Of a stretch of DNA of 64,000 nucleotides, positions 27,178-41,163 are shown in pieces. The notes under the pieces are model-generated. The model was given only the letters and a program-made list of their open reading frames with translations, was not told the DNA's origin and did no database searches. This stretch comes from the human T2T-CHM13v2.0 reference genome, Homo sapiens. The position numbers and the translations under genes are program-made. Numbering within the stretch: the stretch's first letter is position 1; every line of letters starts with the position of its first letter. Location: assembly GCF_009914755.1 (NCBI RefSeq), contig NC_060927.1; one strand, given 5' to 3'.

Positions 27178-29130
27178 CTTTGCCCTATTTTCTGTTGGGT
27201 TGTTGGTCTTTTTCTTAATGATTTTAAGAGCTTTTTACAGATTAAGGAACTTAGCCCTTTGTTTTCCATTGTAGTATATAATATTTCCCTTAGATTCAAT
27301 TGTAATTAAGCTTTGTTTATAGTCTTTTTGCAGTGCAGAAAGTTTTAAAAATGTACATTGTTAAAATGACCAGGATTTTCTCTGATTTTTACGTTCGTGT
27401 GTTATATTTTAAAAGGCTATTCTCATTTCAGCGTTATTTTTAAAATTCTCTCCTGTTTTTGATATATCTTTGATCCATCTGGAAGTTATTTTGGAGTAAG
27501 GGATAAGGTATAAAACAACTATTTTTTTTTCAGATGGCAACCCAAATGTCTCAGTGACATTTGTTGAATAATCAATCTTTCCCTCAACTTGAAAGGCTAC
27601 CTTTAATAGAGCCAATTTCCATAAGTATATAGGTCTATTTCTGGACTCTTTTCTGTTCCAGGAAAGGGTCTATTTATATGCCAGAGTCACACTGTTTGAA
27701 TTACTGAGCTTTATATTTTATGTTAATAACTAGTAGGACTTGGTCCTTCTCACTGCTCTTTTTTAGAATTTTCTTGATATTCTTGTGTACTTTTTTGCTT
27801 GTTCCTTCCCCTTCCCAGATCCTTTTGGGATTTTCTTGAAATCAAATCAAGTTTTTGTGGATTAATATAGAGAGCATTTACACCCTGAAATACAGTCACT
27901 CTAGCCGAGAACAGGTTATGCCTCTCCATCTGTTCACGTTCCTCAGAAGCATTTTGATGTTTTCTTCAGCTGGGTCTTCACTTTCAGGTTGGGTTATTCC
28001 TTGGTATTTTATCTTCTTGTGGCTGTTGGAAATGGGATCTTTTTTATTTTATTTTATTTTATTATTTTTTATTATTATACTTTAAGTTTTAGGGTACATG
28101 TGCACAATGTGCAGGTTAGTTACATATGTATACATGTGACATGCTGGTGCGCTGCACCCACTAACTTGTCATCTAGCGTTAGGTATATCTCCCAATGCTA
28201 TCCCTCCCCCCCGCCACAACAGTCCGCAGAGTGTGATGTTCCCCTTCCTGTGTCCTTGTGTTCTCGTTGTTCAATTCCCACCTATGAGTGAGAATATGCG
28301 GTGTTTGGTTTTTTGTTCTTGCGATAGTTTACTGAGAATGATGATTTCCAATTTCATCCATGTCCCTACAAAGGACATGAACTCATCATTTTTTATGGCT
28401 GCATAGTATTCCATGGTGTATATATGCCACATTTTCTTAATCCAGTCTATCATTGTTGGACATTTGGGTTGGTTCCAAGTCTTTGCTATTGTGAATAGTG
28501 CCGCAATAAACATACATGTGCACGTGTCTTTATAGCAGCATGATTTATAGTCCTTTGGATATATACCCAGTAATGGGATGGCTGGGTCAAATGGTATTTC
28601 TAGTTCTAGATCCCTGAGGAATCGTCACACTGACTTCCACAATGGTTGAACTAGTTTACAGTCCCACCAACAGTGTAAAAGTGTTCCTATTTCTCCACAT
28701 CCTCTCCAGCACCCGTTGTTTCCTGACTTTTTAATGATTGCCATTCTAACTGGTGTGAGATGATATCTCATTGTGGTTTTGATTTGCATTTCTCTGATGG
28801 CCAGTGATGGTGAGCATTTTTTCATGTGTTTTTTGGCTGCATAAATGTCTTCTTTTGAGAAATGTCTAGGGATCTTTTATTTCGTTACATGTTCTGGCTG
28901 GTAGCTCTTTGTCCATAAGAAGGCTATTTCTTCTGCATATTAACTTTGCCACCATCCACCTTCTGACTTCATCTTGCTTTTAACAGTTGCTCAGTTTATC
29001 CTCTTGGGCTTCCCCTGCATACCATCATTTCATCTGTAACAAATGGGATTCTGTCTTTTCATTTCCTCTTTCTTACTCTTACCTCATTACATTTGCTGGT
29101 GTCACAGAGCAATGGTAAATATTAATGGAA
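27178..29130 (-). mobile_element. Ancient L1M ORF2 remnant hosting younger insertions
   Basis: Decayed ORF2-like translations (LYLIPYSKITSRWIKD); T-rich strand bias. Confidence 0.7.
28044..28868 (-). mobile_element. 5'-truncated young L1PA (L1PA3-like) 3' end
   Basis: ORF2 C-terminus and 3'UTR; TSD gggatctttt at 28034-28043 and 28869-28878; degenerate poly(T). Confidence 0.95.
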
Positions 29131-29515
29131 TGATAGACATGACATGTTTCTAACAGATTTGCGATGAACTATTCATTATTCTTGCTTTATTAAGATTTTT
29201 TCAGGCCAGGTGCAGGGGCTCATGCCTGTAATCCCAGCACTTTCCATCCTGAAGGCCCCAGGCCTGTGACTGTTCCCAGTGTGGGGAAGCATCTCTGTGC
29301 TGGGGGCATGGGCCACCAGGGACAGCAGGTTGCTCTTCTGGAGTCTACGAGACCCAGATCAGGCACTGCTTGAGGAAACCATCTTGGCCCCAGAGACATG
29401 ACATGTTTCTTACAGATTCGGGACAATTTCTAGTGTTTCACCATTAAACACCATGCTGGCTTTTGACTGAAAATAGGATGAATTATTCATTATTCCTACT
29501 TATTGAGAGTGTTCA

Positions 29516-29830
<315 letters not shown>

Positions 29831-31964
29831 AGAGTTTCATTTTCAGGAATGGATGTGTAATTTTTTCGAATGCCTTTTGGGTATCTGTGGGAGAAGTCAC
29901 CATATTTTCCCCCGTAATTATTAAAGTGGGACATTTTGTGACAGTGTTGCAATGGTGATTCTTCTTAGCTTTCTTGCCCAGAACCTACTTTGCTGTGGTG
30001 GATTCATCTTTTAATGGCTGCTGGGTTTTGCGTTGATGTTTAAAATTTAGGAGGCTCCACAGATGGTCTTTTTAGATAAGCTATAGTCCTTCTCAATCCA
30101 GCTCCTCAAAGCCCATCAGCTGGTCTATTCGCCGGCTTCCGAAGATGGTGCTGAGGCTTCTGGCCCTGGGCTTGGGGCAGATGAAGCAGTCTAGGTGTTC
30201 CCTCCCTGGAGCTTCCAGGGAAGATGCCATGTATGTGGAAAGGCAAGGAGCACAGCAAGGTGAGTCCTTAGAGGAGAGTGAGAGTCAGTGCCGAGTAACT
30301 CCCTCCTCTTTCACACTCTGACCACCCCAAAGCCTCACCAAATTCTTCAACAGCCAGCCAGCCAGTATGGGAGCAGCCTGCCACCCTCCTTGGAGAGAGG
30401 TATTGGGGTATGGGAAGGGGAGTTGGCTCTCCTCCTGCCTCCAACTATGCTGCAACTCTCTGACCCCCAGGCAGTGAGCCTGCCTAGTCAGCAGCCACCC
30501 TTTCCACCGTGAAGGTCCCAGGCCTGTGACTGCTCCCAGTTTGGGGAAGTGTCTCTGCGCTAGGGGCATGGGCCACCAGAGACAGCAGATGGCTCTTCTG
30601 GACTCTACCAGACCCAGATCAGGCACTGCTTGAGGAGTCTTGGCCCAAGAGCCTTCACTCCGGACCTTCCCACCCCCACAGCTGGACCTGGTATCCCTTC
30701 TTGGCAGACTGCAGTATCTTTTCCCATCCAGATGTCCTGTTTGGGAAGTCACAGAGGCAGTGACCCTACTATATCCTTCATGCTGGCAGCCAGTCATGCA
30801 CTTCAATTTGTTCTTGCATCCAAAAACCTTCAACTAAGTCTCTGGTTATGATAAACATGTTCTGGGGACTGGATCACATTACTCAGCCTCTGTGACTCAT
30901 TATTCAGCCTCATCTTTGAAATGGGAACAATAACAGTATCTATCTCTTGGCTGCTAGCAGGGGTCAAATGACTTGTGATATGTAAAGCACTAAGGATAAT
31001 ACCTGGCACAGAGTAAGGGCATTACAATGGCTTAACTAAATTTAAACAAAAACTTCAGTCCACATGATTATGTAACACTGCCAGAAAACCCAAACTCTAA
31101 AGGATTATCATTTTTTCTTGGTATCTCTTCATTTTTTCAAAAAGGGGAAAAAAATCAAATCTTGAAGGAATATGGGAATGAAAGGTAAGCTTGGTCTTGT
31201 TTGGCTGCTAGTCTGCTACTGTTTAAACCTAATTTCTCTTCTGTAGAAAAAACCAACCAGACAGTGTGGCAGAATAATCACACTGGCAAGTGTGCCAGCC
31301 AAGCCCTCACTGTGAAACATTCAAATGGGTGTAGATTCTGGGAAGCCAGCACTGCACGCATCATATGGGCCAGTATTTCTTGTAGCTTCCTCTGGAAATA
31401 GATGCTGCTGCAAGTTTAAATCTGCACAGAATGGCCTTGAGACGGGAGCAGGGAGGGTTTGGTGGGAGCAAGGGGGTTTGGCTGACCATGCAGCAGGTGT
31501 GAAGCAAAATCCAGGGCAGTTATTGCATTTTGGGCTTGCTAGAGCTGCCCTGACATTTGCTCTCCTGGCCCAAGAGAATTCAGCTGGTGAGTTTCTGTCT
31601 CACAGATATGTTGCGCTCCAAACACTAGGCTTGTGCGTGGAAGAGATGCTAGACCCACATCATAACTTACTTTATGTCAGACTCTGGTTCTCAGGCCTGT
31701 AGTGCTGGGTGAGTGGGGGGTGAGGACAGTGCTTTTTCGGAGGGAACCACTGGCCTGTCCCCTCCAGGGCCAGAGACTTCTGGGAACTCTCCATAACAAC
31801 CGCCTCCTGCTTTACATCCTGTGTGGTCCTCAACATGGCCCCATGGGAGTATCACCTCCCCATTTTGTTGATGAGAAAACTGAGGCACAGCAAGATTAGT
31901 AATTTCCTCAATTCGCATAGCCAGGACATAGTGGAGGCAGGATTCATCCCCAAATTCATCTGGA

Positions 31965-32925
31965 CTTCAAACTGGGGGTCACAAACTAAACCGTGGCCCA
32001 CAATGCAGCCAAATTCACTCCTTGCCTTTTTGTAGAATGGTTTAGAATGATTTTAGCACTTTTAAGTGGTTGAAAAAATTGAAAATATAATATTGTGGGA
32101 CATCTAAATTTACATGAAATTCAATTTCAGTGCACATAAGGTTTTATTGGTGTTGGGATGATCACACCCAACACGAGGCCGTGGGAGCTACAAAGTCTGG
32201 CGGAGTCAAAGGAACGAGAAAAGACAAGAGTGCATAATGTGGGTCCAGGGGGCCAACGCTAGTATGGAGGCTGTGAAGGCCCCAAGCTCTGGGAGCCCAC
32301 ATTATTTATTGGTGATCAAACAAAGAAGCAGGTGGTGAGGACATTGAGGATGTGGGGGTAAACAGGTGAGGGTGTGAGGATGTGGGTGTAGAAAGGTAGT
32401 GGTGCATCAAGTGTAGCTGTGATGGTTTAGCATTTTCTTTGACACATATAGAATATGCTCTGCTGCTTGAGATAATGGAGAGCATGTTTACTAGCCTGGG
32501 AGAGCAACCAGCAAATCTGTGCACATTCCAGAGGCTACAGGGGTTTTATGCCCTGGGCCCTGGATTCTATCCAAGCCATGAGGGGTTTTATGCCCTGAGC
32601 TTAGATTTGTGGTGTGGCAGGGCAGCCTTCCACCCTTTGGCACAGAGCTTGGTGTTCCAAAGGCCATGAGGGGTTTTAGACCCTGGACCCTGGACATCTT
32701 CCAAGACTCTTTTATATTATGACAGACAAGCCAGTCCTGCCTCAGCTCTTCTACCAACATATTGGAATATAGCCATGCCTATTTGTTTATGTATTATCTA
32801 TAATATATAAGATATGCACAACAGTAGCAGACTTAAGTAGTTATGACAGAGACTGTATGGCATCCAAAGCCTAAAATATTTACTCTCTGGTCCTTTATAG
32901 AGAAGTTTTCTGATCTCTGCACTAA
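31965..32925. mobile_element. MER58-type hAT element split by the LTR at 32151-32759
   Basis: 'ggggtcacaaacta' start; 'aaagcctaaaatatttactctctggtcctttatag' end. Confidence 0.7.
32151..32759 (-). mobile_element. ERVK-class solo LTR (LTR14B-like, HERV-K14/HML-1)
   Basis: TGTTGG...CCAACA inverted termini; perfect 6-bp TSD TATTGG (32145-32150 / 32760-32765); AATAAA on the - strand near 32305. Confidence 0.82.
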
Positions 32926-33007
32926 ACCACTGTGTTGGTAGCCTCTGGTGGCTCTTGCTAAGGATGGGGTGCATATGAAAGCATGGAGTAGGCTCATATA
33001 TGGGTGG

Positions 33008-34652
33008 TGATATGGTTTGACTGTGTCCCCACCCAAAATCTCATCTTGAATTGTAATCCCCATAATCCCTACGTGTCAAGGAAGAGACCAGGTGGAGGTA
33101 ATTGAATCATGGGGGTTGGTTTCCTCAATGCTATTCTCGTGATAGTGAGTTCTCATGAGATCTGATGGTTTTATAAGTGCCTGGTAGTTCCTCCTGCATT
33201 CATTCTCCTTCCTGCCACCTTGTGAAGAAGGTTCCTTGCTTTCCCTTCATCTTCTGCCATAATTGTAGATTTCCTGAGGCCTCCTCAGCCATGCAGAACA
33301 ATGAGTCAATTAAATCTCTTTCCTTATGAATTCCTCAGTCTTGGGCAGCTGTTTATAGCAGTATGAAAATGGACTAATACAGTAAATTGGTACCACAAAG
33401 AGTGGGGTGCTGCTATAAAGGTACCTAAAAATGTGGAAGTGACTTTGGAACTGGGAAACAGGCAGATGTTGGAACAGGCAGAGTTTGGAGGGCTCAGAAG
33501 AAGACAGGGAGATGTGGGAAAGTTTGGAACTTCCTAGAAACTTGTTGAATCGCTTTGAACAAAATGTTGATAGTGATATGGACAATGAAGTCCAGGCTGA
33601 AGTGGACTCAGATGGAGATGAGAACTTGTTGGGAACTGGAATAAAGGTGATTATTGCTATGCTTTAGCAAAGAAACTGGCGGCATTTTGCCCCTGCCCTA
33701 GAGATCTGTGGAACTTTGAACTTGAGAGAGATGATTTAAGGTATCTGGCAGAAGAAATTTCTAAGCAGCAAAGCATTCAAGATGTGACCTAGATACTCTT
33801 AGAAACATTCAGTTTTATGCATTCACAGAGATGGTTTGGAATTGGAACTTATAATTAAGATGGAATCAGAGCATAAAAGTTTGGAAAATTTGCATCCTGA
33901 TGATGTGGTAGAAATGAAAAACCCATTTTCTGGAGGGAAATTCAAGCTGGCTGCAGAAATTTGCTTAAGTAATGAGGAGCCAAATGTCAATGCCAAGACA
34001 ATGGAGAAAATGTTTCCAGGGCATGTCAGAGGTCTTCATGGCAACCATCTCATCACAGGTCCAAAGGCCTGGGAGGAGGAAATGGTTGTGTGGGCAGGGC
34101 CCAGGATCTTGCTGCTTTGTGCAGTCTTAGGACTTGGTGCCCTCCATCCCAGCTGCACCAAAAAGGGGCCAAAGTACAGCTCAAGCCATTGCTTCAGAGG
34201 GTACAAGCCCCAAACCTTCTAGGCCTCCACGTGGTGTTGCACCTGTGGCTGCACAGAAGACAAGAATTGAGCTTTGGAAACCTTCACCTGTATTTCAGAG
34301 GATGTATGGAAACACCTGGATGTCCAGGCAGAAGTCTGCTGAAGGGGTGGAACCCTCATGGAGAACCTTTGCTAGGGCAATGTGGAAGGGAAATGTGGAG
34401 TCAGAGCCCCCACACAGAGTTCCCAGTGGGGCTGCCTGATGGAGCTGTGAGAAGAGGGCCATCATCCTCCAGACCCCAGAATGGTAGACACACTGACAGC
34501 TTGCACTGTGCACCTGGAAAAGCTGCAGACACTCAATGCTAGCCGGTGAGAGCAGTCAGGAGGGGGTCTCTACCCTGCAAAGCTACAGGGCCAGAGCTGC
34601 CCAAGACTGTGGGAGCCCATCTCTTGCATCAGCATGAGAATGGACTAATACA
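33008..34652 (+). mobile_element. THE1D/MST-type MaLR provirus: 5' LTR (33008-33381), internal region, ~20-bp remnant of the 3' LTR
   Basis: TGATATGGTTTG start; GGACTAATACA ends; THE1-int motifs; perfect 5-bp TSD GGTGG (33003-33007 / 34653-34657). Confidence 0.92.
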
Positions 34653-37129
34653 GGTGGGATGATACTAGCTTTAGTGATTTAAAATGAACTCTCTAACCCT
34701 GTCCTAGCCAACATTTTTATTAGTAGCCTGAATGAGGACATCTGGGCTGTAGGGGACCCAGCCATTCTCTCTGTAGTCGTTCCTCACAGAGCCCTGATTT
34801 GATTCACCTTCCACCTATTCCTGGATTCAGAGGCAATGGGTTCAAGGATCAGTGCATTAACGTCTTCCACTGATTGCTGTTGGTCCACTGATTGCTATTG
34901 GCCTCTTAATTTGGCTGAAGGGAAGACCTTCTATTCCACGGTTGTTGAGGGGAGAGGTTCCTTCTCTCTCTCCCCTTCTCTCATACTCTTCTTCTCTCTT
35001 TCCTGCTGGACATGAACAAGGAAACATATTCCCACAGCAACTACCTGCAGGCATCCTAAGACAACACTGGGATGCTGTTAACATTGTGGGTGGTAACGTG
35101 GAGGGCAGAAAGCAACCCAAGTCCTTATCATGATAATATGGAGCTGCTAAATCCACCCAACCTGCCCTTCCTCAAGACTTCCTTCTGTAGATAATCTCAA
35201 TCTTCCTTATGGTTTAAGCCATTTGGAGTCAGGTTTTTCTGTTACTTGTGGCTGAAAACACTCCCATTGGTATAGTAGCTTACTGGTCTGGCGGCACATA
35301 ACCTAAAATTGGCAGGGGAAGGAAAGGCAAATGAATGTGACGGCAAAACCATCCAAAAAAGATTCAATGGGTTGCAATGAAAGATTAAAGGAGGAAATGG
35401 AATAGTGTTAAATGCAAAGTCTACTGAGGGCCTGTGAGTCAGTGGTATAAAGGCAGGTTAATGAAGCCCTGGCTGAATGGACACATATGAGACAGAGACT
35501 TGCTAGTTTTAGACATGCACAATAGGTGTCAACAATATGATAAGATTGGTGAAGATGCTAATTCAGTCTTAGCATCTGGAATCAGGGAGGCGATGTTTCT
35601 GTGCTACTCCGTAACTTGATTCTCAGCTGTTGTGTCCAGTGCTAGGTACTAAAGTATGATAAGAATATTGACCAACAAGAGCCTGGACATGTGACAGCAA
35701 TAGAGACCATGAGGGGTTTCTATCTAGGTTTGAGTTCCCCAAAAAGGGACTCTGAGACTAGAATTTGAATAGAGCAATTTATCTGGGAGGTGGTCCTAGG
35801 AAACCTGGTGAGCAAATGGGGAAGTGAAGCAGGGAAGGAAGAAAAGCTAATGAAGGGTACAGTAAAGAGCAGGCTGCCACCATGGGCAAGTGAGGCTGAA
35901 CCCAGATGAGGGCCCTTGACAGACTGTGTAGAACACTGCTGTGGGGTATCATTCCCCTGGGAGGTGAGGGGCTATGATACTTGTACACTAACTGCCATAA
36001 GTCATTGTTTGAAGCTTGCTCCTGGAGGCATTTATTTTCCAGCACATTTGCCTGCTGCATGGGTGGGTCAAGCCTGTTATGGGCAAGAGTACCTCTACAT
36101 ATGGGGACTGTATGGTTGGGACCTTCTGTAGGTGAGCCCTAGGTTCATGGATGGAGAGCATCAAAAGCATCTACCATAGTTTCAGAACCCAAGTGTGTTT
36201 AACCTGGATGAAGGAAAATTCAGGGGGCGCATCACTTGGAGGGAGTTTGATTCCAAGCAACAGAGACTAACTCTGGTTAACATAAGCAAGAAAAGAATCT
36301 ACATTTGGTAAGACATTAAGGGCTTCAAGGAATGGAAGAAAAAGGCCTGGGAAGCCTGAAGAGTCAGGGGAAGGATGGAGGGTATATGGTTAGGGGAGCT
36401 TGGACCCCATCCTCACTTCATGGCTGGGTGTGCAGGGTACTTGGATTGTTGATGCCACCAGACTGTATCTAGCAGGGAAGATTGATTCTCTTACAGGAAA
36501 ACCAGGAACTCTAATGAGTGGTGTGCATGCCAATGTGTTTAGAGGGAAATTTCTAATGTCTGCAACTTACTTTGAAATGCATAAAAAATAAGAGATAAGA
36601 TGACTTAATGGATAGATATAGAGATGTATCAATAGATATGTCATAAAGTAAGCATAATAAAATATTCATGGTAGAATCTTAGTAATGGGTATGTGGATAT
36701 TCACCATAAAATTATTTCAAATTTGCTGTTTGAAATTTTTTATAATAGGGTATTAGAGGAAAGAAGAAAAATTGAATATTGGTTACCCAAAGTTCAGGAG
36801 GCCAAAGCAGTAAAGAGGGTACTCCTCAGGAAGTCTTGCTAATTGGCTTATCACATGAACAGGGCTGTGGTTCTTTGCCAAGCTGGACCAATCTTCTGGG
36901 CTTTGTGCATTGGCCTCTGGGCTAAACTTGTTTTTTTTACTAGAATCAGTGGATATATTTAATCCATTTGGTCTACTGCCCTCAGCCTATCTAGACCTGA
37001 GATGTGCTTTCTCCATGTTTAACTGTATAAAACAGAAAATAATGTTTGGGGACAGTACTTGGGACTATTGAATGCTGTCTCATTTCTTAACATCTGGTTT
37101 TGTGAGATTAGTTGGTGACTAGAACTGTA

Positions 37130-39150
37130 GTTATTTTCTTGGTAGTTGCACTGGGATTACCATTAACATCTTGATTTATAACAATCTAGGTCAGATTACC
37201 AGCAATTTAATTTCAATAGTGTAAAAAGACTTTCTTTCTATATAAATCTCTCCCCCCCCCACTTTTATGCTATTCTTGTCACAAATTACATCTTTATACA
37301 TTTTCTGCCCATCAGTATAGATTATAATTATTGCTTTCAGCAGTTTTTTTTTTAAATCAGAGGGGAAAAAAAGAAGTCCAGAACAAAAAAAAATACATTT
37401 ATACTGTCTTTTATGTTTATCTATGTAGTTACCTTGAACAGAGCTTTTTAGTTCTTGACATTAATTCAAGTTACTACTTAGTGTCCTTTCATTCAACCTG
37501 AAGTCCTCCTTTTAGTATTTCTTGTAGAAGAAGCCTGCTGACAATAAACTCTGTTTTTGTTGTTCTGTTAATGTCTTCATTTCTCCTTAATTTTTGAAGG
37601 ATAGTTTTGCTGTATATAAAATTCTTGGTTGACAGGCTCTCTTTTTTTTAATTTAATTTCAACACTTTGAATGTTATTCCTCTGCCTTTTGGCCTCCATG
37701 GTTTTTGATAAATTTGATATCAAATTACTCTTTGAAAGAATCCTTTTTATGTGATGAGTGACTTCTGTCTTGCTGCTTTTAAGATTCTCTCTCTGGCTTT
37801 TGACAGTTTTATTCTAGGTGTAGGTCTCTTTCAGTTTATATTAATGGAGTTCACTGGACCTCTTGGACGTGTAGATCAATGCTTTTCACCAAATTTGGGG
37901 AGGTTTTGGACATTAATTCTTCTAATATTATTTTCACATCCTCCTCCCTTCCTTTTAAAACTCCTCTTATATATATGTTGGTACACTTGATGGTGTTACA
38001 TGGGTCTCTGAGGCACTGTTTATTTTTCTTCATTTTTTTCTTCTTATTCCTCATACTTGATAATCTCAGTGGACCTATCTTCAGGTTTTCTGATTCGTTC
38101 TTCTGCCTGCTCATAACTGCTGTTCGATCCTCTCAGTGAATTTTTAAAAGTTGTTGTACTTTTCAACTCCATAATTTATATTTGGTTTCTCTTTATAATT
38201 TCTATCTCATTATTCATGTAGTCTTTATGGTGAGGTATCGTTCTCATACTTTACTTCTCTAGGCCTGATTTCCTTTAGTTCTTTGAACATATGTAAAATA
38301 GCTAATTTAAATTTTTTTATCTAATGTCTGGGCTTCCTCAGGAAAAATTTTGATTGATTGACTTTTTTCATGCATATTGGCCATACTTTGTTTCTTTGAC
38401 TGTCTCATATTTTTTTGTTGAAAACTGAGTATTTAAATAATATAAGGTGGCCACTTTGAAAATCAGATTCTTCTTTTCCCCAGGATTTTTGTCATTGCTG
38501 TTTGTTGTAGTTGTTTTTGTTTGTAGTGGTTTTCTTTATTTGCTTGTTTTATTTTTATGAACAAATTCTATAGTCATCTGTATTCTTTATTGTATATGGC
38601 CACTGAAATTTCTGCTCAGTTAGTTCAGTGATCAGCTGATGATTGAGCAGGAGATTTTCATGAATTTCCGGAGCCAGTAAGTCTCCTAGTCTTTGCCAAA
38701 GGACTCTGTGTGTGTGTTGAGGCATCTCCAACACGTATGTATGCAATTGACAAATCTGCTTTTGCCTTCATTTGTGCTTGTATAGTCTCAAGGTCAACCA
38801 GAGGTGAGAGCTTAGGGTATTTTCAGTTTTTTCCTGAACATGTGCACAGTCCTACACATGTGCATGTGGCTTTCTAGATTTCCAGGAACATATTGGAGCT
38901 TTTCACAGCCCCTTGGACATTTCATTTCTTATCTTTTCCTTTTAAAGCTTTTTGGTTAATCTATTGTTTGTCCCAATTGTTATCCATTGTCTCAGACAGC
39001 CATGGTGTTGAAACATTTGCCAGTAAATGTTCTCAACAAATGTCCTCTACCCTTCCAGGAGAAGGCTTTTAGTACCGGGCAACCAAAAAACCATGCCTTT
39101 TAGTGGAGTTTACCAGGGAATCACCAGACACGTCAGATAATGACAATTTT
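37130..39150 (-). mobile_element. Ancient L1M 5'/ORF1 remnant
   Basis: ORF 37851-38114 is ORF1-like (LRDPCNTIKCTNIYIRGV...SPNLVKSIDLHVQEVQ). Confidence 0.75.
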
Positions 39151-40761
39151 CTTGCAATGAGGTCTGCTCTGCTCCCTTCATACTGAGTTTCCAGGTTCCC
39201 AGGCTGATGTCTTCCTCTCCAGTGTTGTTCCCAGGCTTTCTAATTCAGACTAGCCCTTCTGCAAAGATGGGATCAGAGTGTCCAATCTAGGTCTTCCCCA
39301 CACCAGGCTCTTTTAGGAACTTAGTACATTTTGCAGCCTGAGAGTTAGATACCTACCAGTCATTGTCCTGACTGGTAGATCCCAGAGATCCTCAAGGCCT
39401 CCCCACTGACTTTCACCACCATCTGGGAGATTTAAGAAAACGACTAAAACCCCTAGTCCCATAACCTGTGGGGTCTGGAGCCCTTCCTAGGATTTGGACA
39501 AATCCCAAGGAGTAGATGGACTCTTTCTGTTTCATGTGCCGTGAGCACTACCTTGACTTGCCCCACACCAAACCTGAACTCAAAGCTCAGCATCCACCAA
39601 ACATTTCACAAGGGCGGCAGCTTCACTGAAGGACAGAGAACTTGTGGAAGGGCACATCTCAGCCCCAGCCTCCTGCTGCTCCCTGCTTCCCTTCACCTTC
39701 TCTATTCCTCTGTCCTCCTCCTTCCACAGCAAGAAACTAACTTTTCTTCTTGTCCCATGCAATGCAAGTCCTCCCTCACCCAGACCTCCAGGGATTTCAC
39801 CTTCTACCCTAGGCATTCATTGAGGTATTGCATCAAACCAAGTTTCCTTCATAAAAGGAAAATAGAATGAGTTTTCCCCGGCTTGCCCATCCTGTGTGTG
39901 ATGGTGATTCCCTACTGCTCAGCCGCCCTCGCTTCATCTTTCATCCACTTCCTAGCATCTCCCAAACCTTCTCCAAACCAACTCCTCACTTCGACTATTC
40001 TCCCTTTCCTGTCTTTCTCCCCACAGCAAGCCCTCCCCTAACCATCCTCAGAGGACTCTACCACTTCTTGCTTGTATGCCTCTCCATCCTCAACCTCTTT
40101 GTCCTAGATACTTACAGCAGATACTATCCTCATGTAGGTCAGGGCTGGGGTAGACCCACGATTCTTCCTATTGCTGACTTTCAGGCTGCACCTTTCCTTC
40201 TGAAGAAAGCATCCCGGAAGCAAGTGAGTGGGAAGTGTGATTCTAGGAATCCTCTGATCCACTCTAAAATGCTGTGGGTGTCATCTGTATGTGTCTATTC
40301 AGGGGAAGGGTGGCAAAGCTCCTCAGAACTGACTGCACACCACATTGAGGATGTCCTCCTCTTTCCCTGGCTTGATTCAGGCCTGCTGCAGGGTGAAAGA
40401 GCTGTCCAGTTGGAGCTGTTGAGATGATCATTGAAGGACTTGCACCTCTAAAGAAAGGAGGAATCCCTGATGTAGCATTTGCTGCTTAAAGAAAAAATAG
40501 AGTGATGTGGAATCTCCCTAGGTAGACAGGCAGACGGTCAGCATTCAGAGCCTCAGAGGTGCCAGGCTAGAGCTAAAGAGCAACAGTGTAGGTTAAGCTG
40601 TGGGCACTGGGTGAAAATCCACACTGGCCTGAGGCATGAGCAAACAGCTCCTGGTGCGCAGAGTGATCTGGCCAGAGGAGGAAAGCGGAAGCCCCATTTA
40701 GTAATGACCAGCACAGAGAACCACTGAGGGTCACCCCTGCTGTGGCCCCAGGGTCATGTAG

Positions 40762-41163
<402 letters not shown>

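Noticed and set aside
30285-30833. 182-aa ORF with a 'paralog' at 29220-29426
   Set aside because: The similarity is explained by the local templated insertion; no coding evidence.
33485-34542. ORFs in the MaLR internal region
   Set aside because: Frameshifted remnants of the THE1/MST internal ORF.
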